DNA of 64,000 nucleotides from Cenarchaeum sp. (GTDB lineage Archaea; Thermoproteota; Nitrososphaeria; Nitrososphaerales; Nitrosopumilaceae): NCBI GenBank assembly GCA_965242695.1, contig CBDESU010000001.1, positions 32,001 to 96,000 of the forward strand, read 5' to 3'. Shown piece by piece: positions 59,007 to 64,000 of this stretch (position 1 is its first letter; each line of letters starts with the position of its first letter). The notes under the pieces were generated by a model. It saw only the letters and a program-made list of their open reading frames with translations, ran no database searches and was not told where the DNA came from. The position numbers and the translations under genes were made by a program.

Positions 59007-59267
59007 ACTTGTCCCCTGTTTGCGGCGCCGAATTGGTCTTGCGTTATAACCCTTGCCCCCGCCGCGGGCGCCCTGCAATGCTTATCATTGATGCTTATCA
59101 TAGGGGCCATCTTGCCGCCCAGCGGAAATTGTAGCTGGGGCATTGCCATGTCTTGCGGATTTGACGTAAAAATTTTCTAATATTTGGATTTTATGCACGT
59201 AGGATTGACGGTTTGACGGCCATACAGACATCATTCCTTAAATTGCGTTGGAGCGCATAGGTCTCCA
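59007..59267. promoter_or_regulatory. Divergent amoB/amoC promoter region
   Basis: GTTATAAC (about 59043) and CTTAAAT (about 59237) TATA boxes; AT-rich; repeated motifs. Confidence 0.7.
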
Positions 59268-59831
59268 ATGGCACAAATGCCGGCTCTCATACCCAAGGAA
59301 GTCGAGATCCAGAGACTCAAGAAGATCTGGCTCATCGTCATCGCCATGGGTTCCACCGCCGCGTCGGTCGAGGTCGACAACTTTGTCGACGGCTCGCTGC
59401 ACCAGACCTCTATCAGGGACAGCGCGTTCACGCCTGCCCACTGGTGGCTCTACTCCCACTTTGTGGCCCTGCCGCTAGGATGGGGCGCAGTAGCCATCTA
59501 CGATAGGAGGGTGCCCATACTCAGGGGCCCGAACAACTCGATGAACACTGGCCTAAAGATGACCATACTCGGTTATCTGGCCACGATGTTCACGATCGGG
59601 GTCAACGAGATGTGGCACTTCTGGTTCGTAGAGGAGATCTTTGCGGTCCCGAACCACTGGATGTTCAACATGGGCGTTGTAGTGGCGTTCATGGGCGCAC
59701 TGGCCTACGTGGTCAGGGTGTACGCGCGTCTGGTCGAGCTCGGGGCGGAGACTCCTGGCGAGAACCCGTACGTGGCCGAGATGTACAAGATGGCCCTAGA
59801 GGGCAAGCTGTACAGCCGCTCGATCCCGTAG
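59268..59831 (+). CDS. amoC: Archaeal ammonia monooxygenase subunit C
   Basis: MAQMPALIPKEVEIQRLKK, DGSLHQTSIRDSAFTPAH, NEMWHFWFVEEIF. Confidence 0.99.
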   Translation: MAQMPALIPKEVEIQRLKKIWLIVIAMGSTAASVEVDNFVDGSLHQTSIRDSAFTPAHWWLYSHFVALPLGWGAVAIYDRRVPILRGPNNSMNTGLKMTILGYLATMFTIGVNEMWHFWFVEEIFAVPNHWMFNMGVVVAFMGALAYVVRVYARLVELGAETPGENPYVAEMYKMALEGKLYSRSIP

Positions 59832-60366
59832 GGAAACAGCCTGCGCGCGTATGGCGCGCATATTTTTCATGCGGACGAGGGGGAGACCCTGCGCAGCCCA
59901 CGGGAGGGTGGGGGGGGGGGGGGGGACGCCGGCCCCCTTTCGTGCGCATCCATGGTCCCACAGGCACGTGCCCCCTGTGGCTGCGCCCGCATGTGCCGCA
60001 CCGCGGGCTTCGAGTGCGGGCCGGCCGGCCGCCCGACAGCCCGCCCGCCAGCCACCTGCATGTCCTGCGGCGCCGCACGGGGCAGGATGCGGCATACGCC
60101 GAGGCGTCGGGGCCGACGCCCGCGCGGTGGCGGGATGCGAAGCGCCGCGATGCGGCGCCCTGTCGCGGTACGCACACATGCGCCGCGATGCGGCGTCCCG
60201 GGAATGCGACCGTCGCGCCACTGATCGCAATACGCATGGCATGCCGCTTAAATAATAGCGTGGGAGCGGGCGTACGTAGCAGAATGGTGTTGAAGCGGAT
60301 GGTGGCCGGCCTGTCCTGCGTTGCCCGGCTCGGACATCTTCCCGGCATGGGGGGGGGGGTAGCGCA

Positions 60367-63300
60367 ATGCCGCTGCCGGCCCGCGAGCGGCTGCGCCGCC
60401 GGCGCGCCGCGCCGCATCTTGGCGTCCTTGCCATGGCGGCCGCTCTCGCAATCGGGCTGACTGCCGCGGCCGCACCGCCGGCGATCTGGGACGGCGGCAC
60501 GGGCGCCGCGCCTGCCCCGCACCCTGACGTCCCCCACCGTGACGCCTTCTCGCAGGCGCTGCTGCCGTCGGCGCATGCGCATCCCCACTACTGGCCGTGC
60601 AGCTACACCCAGCGCAGCCCGACCACCCAGGATGCGCCCCAAATGTCGTTCCACAACACGCCCAACGATGCGTACGGGATAGGCGACACCATCCTCATCA
60701 GGGGCTACAACTTCGACGGATTCGGCAATCCCACCAACACCCACGCCCACACGCGGCTTGCGCTCGAGACGGGGGACGTCGACCGCTTTGCCGTCTGGCA
60801 CGACACCAGTTCAGACTGGAGGAACGTCTACTACAGGTACACCGTCCAGCCTGGCGACTATTCCGAGGATCTCGACTACAAGTCGTCCAACGCGCTGCAC
60901 TTTGGGACCAGCCCGACTAGAAACCTTTCCGACACCGTAAACTGCTGGCTGTCGACCCCCGGCACCAACGACTACCACCGCACCTGGAGCACGCAGCAGG
61001 CGGGCAACGGCAAGCCGTCGCTTGCGGTGAACCACAACGTCGTAGTCGACGGCATCATACCGCGCGTGGAAAGCGTCGCGATGCCAAGCGGCGCGTACGG
61101 GGCGGGCTCGCAGCTCAACGTCACCGTCAGCTTTGGAGAGAATGTCACTGCAACGGGGCCGCCGCCGTCGTTAATCATTTCGCTGGACGGAGGGAACAGG
61201 ACGATCCCGTACCTGGATGGCAACGGGACGAGCTCGCTCGTCTTCAACTACACGGTGCTGCCGGGCGACCTTGCCGACGACCTGGACTACGCGGGGGCGG
61301 GCGCGCTTGTCCTTGCGGCGGGCGGCATCTTGGCGGACCGCGCCGACAACGGCGCAGACCTGGCGCTGCCCCTTCCGGGATCGCCCGGCTCGCTCGGCGC
61401 GACCTCGAACGTCAGCATAACGGCCGCATCCGGCGGGGTGGCCGCCGTCGGCTCGCCCCTGCCCGACGGCACGTACCCGGCGGGGTACCGGATTGCGGCC
61501 GTCGTCAACTTTAGCGAGCCCGTCGTGTACTCGGGGACGGCGCCGTCGCTGGTGCTCAATTTCAGCGGCTCGAACCGGACGGCCTCGTACGAGTCGGGCA
61601 ACAACACGCGGTCGCTTGCCTTCGCCTATGCGGTGCAGCCTGGCGACCCGCAGGTCGCCCGCCTGGACTATGCGGGCGCGGATGCGCTGCGGGCGGGCGC
61701 AGGCGGCCTGAGGGACAGGGCCGGCGATGCCGTCGATCCGGCCCTGCCACTGCCGGGAGGCGCCGGGCATCTCGGCAGCCTGCGCAGCATAGGGATTGAC
61801 CCGGCCGCCGCGGCGCACGTCGTCGGCGTCGACTCGCCCGACGGCGACTCGACGTACAAGCGCGGCGATACGGTCCGCATCGCAGTAGAGTTCTCGGCAT
61901 CCGTCGCGGTCATGGGCGAGCCTGCGCTGGCGCTTGCGACCGAGCCTCCGCGCAGCGCCCCGTATGCGGGCGGCGCCGGCACCAGCACCCTGGTGTTCAA
62001 CTACACGGTGCGGCCGGGCGACGCGGCGGCCGACCTGGACTATGCCGGCCGCGCGGCCCTGTCCCTGGAGGGAGGCGCAGCGATCCGCCTCGATGCGGAG
62101 GGCGGCGCGGATGCCGTCCTGGCCCTGCCGGCCCCGGGCGACCCGGGCTCGCTCGGCCGCAGCCGGGACGTTGCAATAGACGGGGCCGCGCCGGCGGTGG
62201 TGAATGTCACGTCGACGAGCCCCGGCGGCACGTACGGCACGGGCCGCATCGTCGACATTGCGGTGGCGTTTGACGAGCCCGTCGTCGTCGAGGGCGAGCC
62301 CACGCTGGGGGCCTACATGGATCTGCCAAGCGATGCGATCCGCTGCGTGCAGGGCCCGCCGCAGGGGCAGTGCGAGCTGGGAGCGCTGGCGGATCTGCCC
62401 GGCGGCGCCTCGTACGCGGGCGGCAGCGGCACGAGCAGGCTCGACTTTGCGTACGCGGTGCAGCCGGGAGACTCGGCCGCCGGCCCGGGGCGCGCGGGGG
62501 ACTCGGCCCTTGTCCTGGGGAGCGGCGGCAGCGGCGCGGCGATCAGGGACGGGCTGGGCAACACGCTAGAAGGCGCCAGGGCCCTGCCGGCTCCGGCGGG
62601 CATAGACCTCCACGGGCGCCCCGTGCCGGTGCTGGCGGCGGCCGCAGTTGCCGTCGACGGGCAGGGCTCGCCGAGGTTTGACAGGCTTGGAGGCGCCCAG
62701 GGCGTGTCCGTGTTCAGGATGGGCGAGGGCGACACGTTCGCACTGGTGGCCTCTGCGGCGGACCGCGCCGTGCAGCTGATCCGAATACACGAGAACGGCA
62801 CCCTGCGGGCGGTCTCGACGCTCAACGACACCGGCGATCTGGAGCTGTACGGGCCCAACGCGGTCGACACGATCGACATGGGCGACAGCGGCATGTTCGC
62901 CGTCGCCGCCTCGCAGCCGGACAACGGCGTGCAGCTGATCAGGATACACGAGAACGGCACACTCGAGGCGGCCGACCAGCTTGACAACGACAACACCCTG
63001 GAGCTGAACGGCGCCAGGTCGATCGATGCGTTCTGGACTGCGGGCGGCCGCGCGTTCGCACTCGTGGCCTCGCACTACGACAACGGCGTGCAGCTCGTGC
63101 GGATACGAGCGAACAGCACGCACGGCACCCTGGAGGCGGCCGGCAGCCTCGACGCCGGCAGCGGCGACCTGGTGCTGCGCGGAGCCGGCGGGGTGTCGGC
63201 ATTTCGCGCGGCCAACGGGACTACCATGGCCCTTGTGGCCTCGTACCAGGACGGCGGCCTGCAGCTCGTGCAGGTCGACGAGGAGGCCGGCACGCTGAGG

Positions 63301-64000
63301 GCCGTCGGCTCTGCCACAAGGGGCGACCCGGGACTTGGGCGCCTCGACAGGGCCATCTCCGTCACGGCCGTGGAGGCGGCCGGGGGAAGGGGCGCCGGCA
63401 GCACGCTAGCGATGGTCTCGCCCCTGGACAGGGACCACGTGCAGCTGGTGCGCGTCTACGACAACGGGACGATCGAGGGCGCTGGATCGGCGGCGGCCGG
63501 ACAGGACGGCTTTGACAGGCTCTGGAAGCCCAAGGGCTCGGACTTTTTCACGATGGGCGGCCGCACCTTCTCCGTCGTCACCTCGGCGGAGGGCAACGGC
63601 GTGCAGCTGGTGCGCGTGCACGGCAACGGCACGCTAGAGGCCGTCACATCGGCCGCGGACGGGCTGGACGGCTTTCTCGGGCTCGGCAACGCGCACGACA
63701 TCGACGCATTCGAGACGGCGGGCGGCCGCGCGCTTGCGCTTGCCGCCTCGTACGACGGAACCGTGCAGCTGATCCGGCTCTCGCCGGCGTCCGTGGAAAG
63801 CGTCGACATCGCGCCGCCGGGCGTCACGTATCCGCTGGGCCACCCGTTCGAGATCGCCGTCGACTTTGATGCGCCGGTCAACGTGTCGGGACCCCCTCCG
63901 TCCCTGCTGCTCTCGTTCGACGGACGCGAAAGGGCCGCCGACTACGTGTCGGGCAACGGGACGGCCAGCCTGGTCTTCAACTACACGGTGCAGCCCGGCG
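60367..64000 (+). CDS. Giant surface protein, 3'-truncated by the window edge: signal peptide, repeated Ig-like modules, beta-propeller repeats
   Basis: Appears open from ATG 60367 to the window end (spot-checked; absent from the ORF track, consistent with no stop). Same Ig-like module as 3-3956; GVQLxRxHxNGTL blades. Confidence 0.85.
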   Translation, partial: MPLPARERLRRRRAAPHLGVLAMAAALAIGLTAAAAPPAIWDGGTGAAPAPHPDVPHRDAFSQALLPSAHAHPHYWPCSYTQRSPTTQDAPQMSFHNTPNDAYGIGDTILIRGYNFDGFGNPTNTHAHTRLALETGDVDRFAVWHDTSSDWRNVYYRYTVQPGDYSEDLDYKSSNALHFGTSPTRNLSDTVNCWLSTPGTNDYHRTWSTQQAGNGKPSLAVNHNVVVDGIIPRVESVAMPSGAYGAGSQLNVTVSFGENVTATGPPPSLIISLDGGNRTIPYLDGNGTSSLVFNYTVLPGDLADDLDYAGAGALVLAAGGILADRADNGADLALPLPGSPGSLGATSNVSITAASGGVAAVGSPLPDGTYPAGYRIAAVVNFSEPVVYSGTAPSLVLNFSGSNRTASYESGNNTRSLAFAYAVQPGDPQVARLDYAGADALRAGAGGLRDRAGDAVDPALPLPGGAGHLGSLRSIGIDPAAAAHVVGVDSPDGDSTYKRGDTVRIAVEFSASVAVMGEPALALATEPPRSAPYAGGAGTSTLVFNYTVRPGDAAADLDYAGRAALSLEGGAAIRLDAEGGADAVLALPAPGDPGSLGRSRDVAIDGAAPAVVNVTSTSPGGTYGTGRIVDIAVAFDEPVVVEGEPTLGAYMDLPSDAIRCVQGPPQGQCELGALADLPGGASYAGGSGTSRLDFAYAVQPGDSAAGPGRAGDSALVLGSGGSGAAIRDGLGNTLEGARALPAPAGIDLHGRPVPVLAAAAVAVDGQGSPRFDRLGGAQGVSVFRMGEGDTFALVASAADRAVQLIRIHENGTLRAVSTLNDTGDLELYGPNAVDTIDMGDSGMFAVAASQPDNGVQLIRIHENGTLEAADQLDNDNTLELNGARSIDAFWTAGGRAFALVASHYDNGVQLVRIRANSTHGTLEAAGSLDAGSGDLVLRGAGGVSAFRAANGTTMALVASYQDGGLQLVQVDEEAGTLRAVGSATRGDPGLGRLDRAISVTAVEAAGGRGAGSTLAMVSPLDRDHVQLVRVYDNGTIEGAGSAAAGQDGFDRLWKPKGSDFFTMGGRTFSVVTSAEGNGVQLVRVHGNGTLEAVTSAADGLDGFLGLGNAHDIDAFETAGGRALALAASYDGTVQLIRLSPASVESVDIAPPGVTYPLGHPFEIAVDFDAPVNVSGPPPSLLLSFDGRERAADYVSGNGTASLVFNYTVQPG

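Overview
High-GC genomic window of an ammonia-oxidising archaeon (Nitrososphaerota/Thaumarchaeota, Nitrosopumilaceae-like). The GC content and giant repeat-rich surface proteins suggest a Cenarchaeum-type sponge symbiont (inference). Core content: a 16S-23S rRNA operon (no spacer tRNA, no linked 5S), purP, cbtAB with two wHTH regulators, a DsbA-like protein, aRF1, HIT, ilvD, the rps15-DHH-pcc1-serS operon, amoB/amoC, and probable amoZ/amoY. Accessory content: three giant surface proteins (two ending in CFI-box-CTERM, one running off the window), an N6-adenine DNA methyltransferase, an IS66 transposase with a repeat tail, a frameshifted AAA ATPase and an intact HNH-Lamassu (ABC-3C) operon. Two patterns stand out. 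(1) A set of TPR-coupled RNase modules: a TPR/antitoxin-like + PIN operon, a homologous TPR-PIN fusion, and a HEPN-TPR-array protein. (2) Poly-G tracts in the 5' coding regions of two giant surface-protein genes that look like phase-variation switches (G12 = in frame in both), one with a triplicated promoter/start cassette. All domain calls are by motif recognition only, and homopolymer lengths and frameshifts could be assembly errors.
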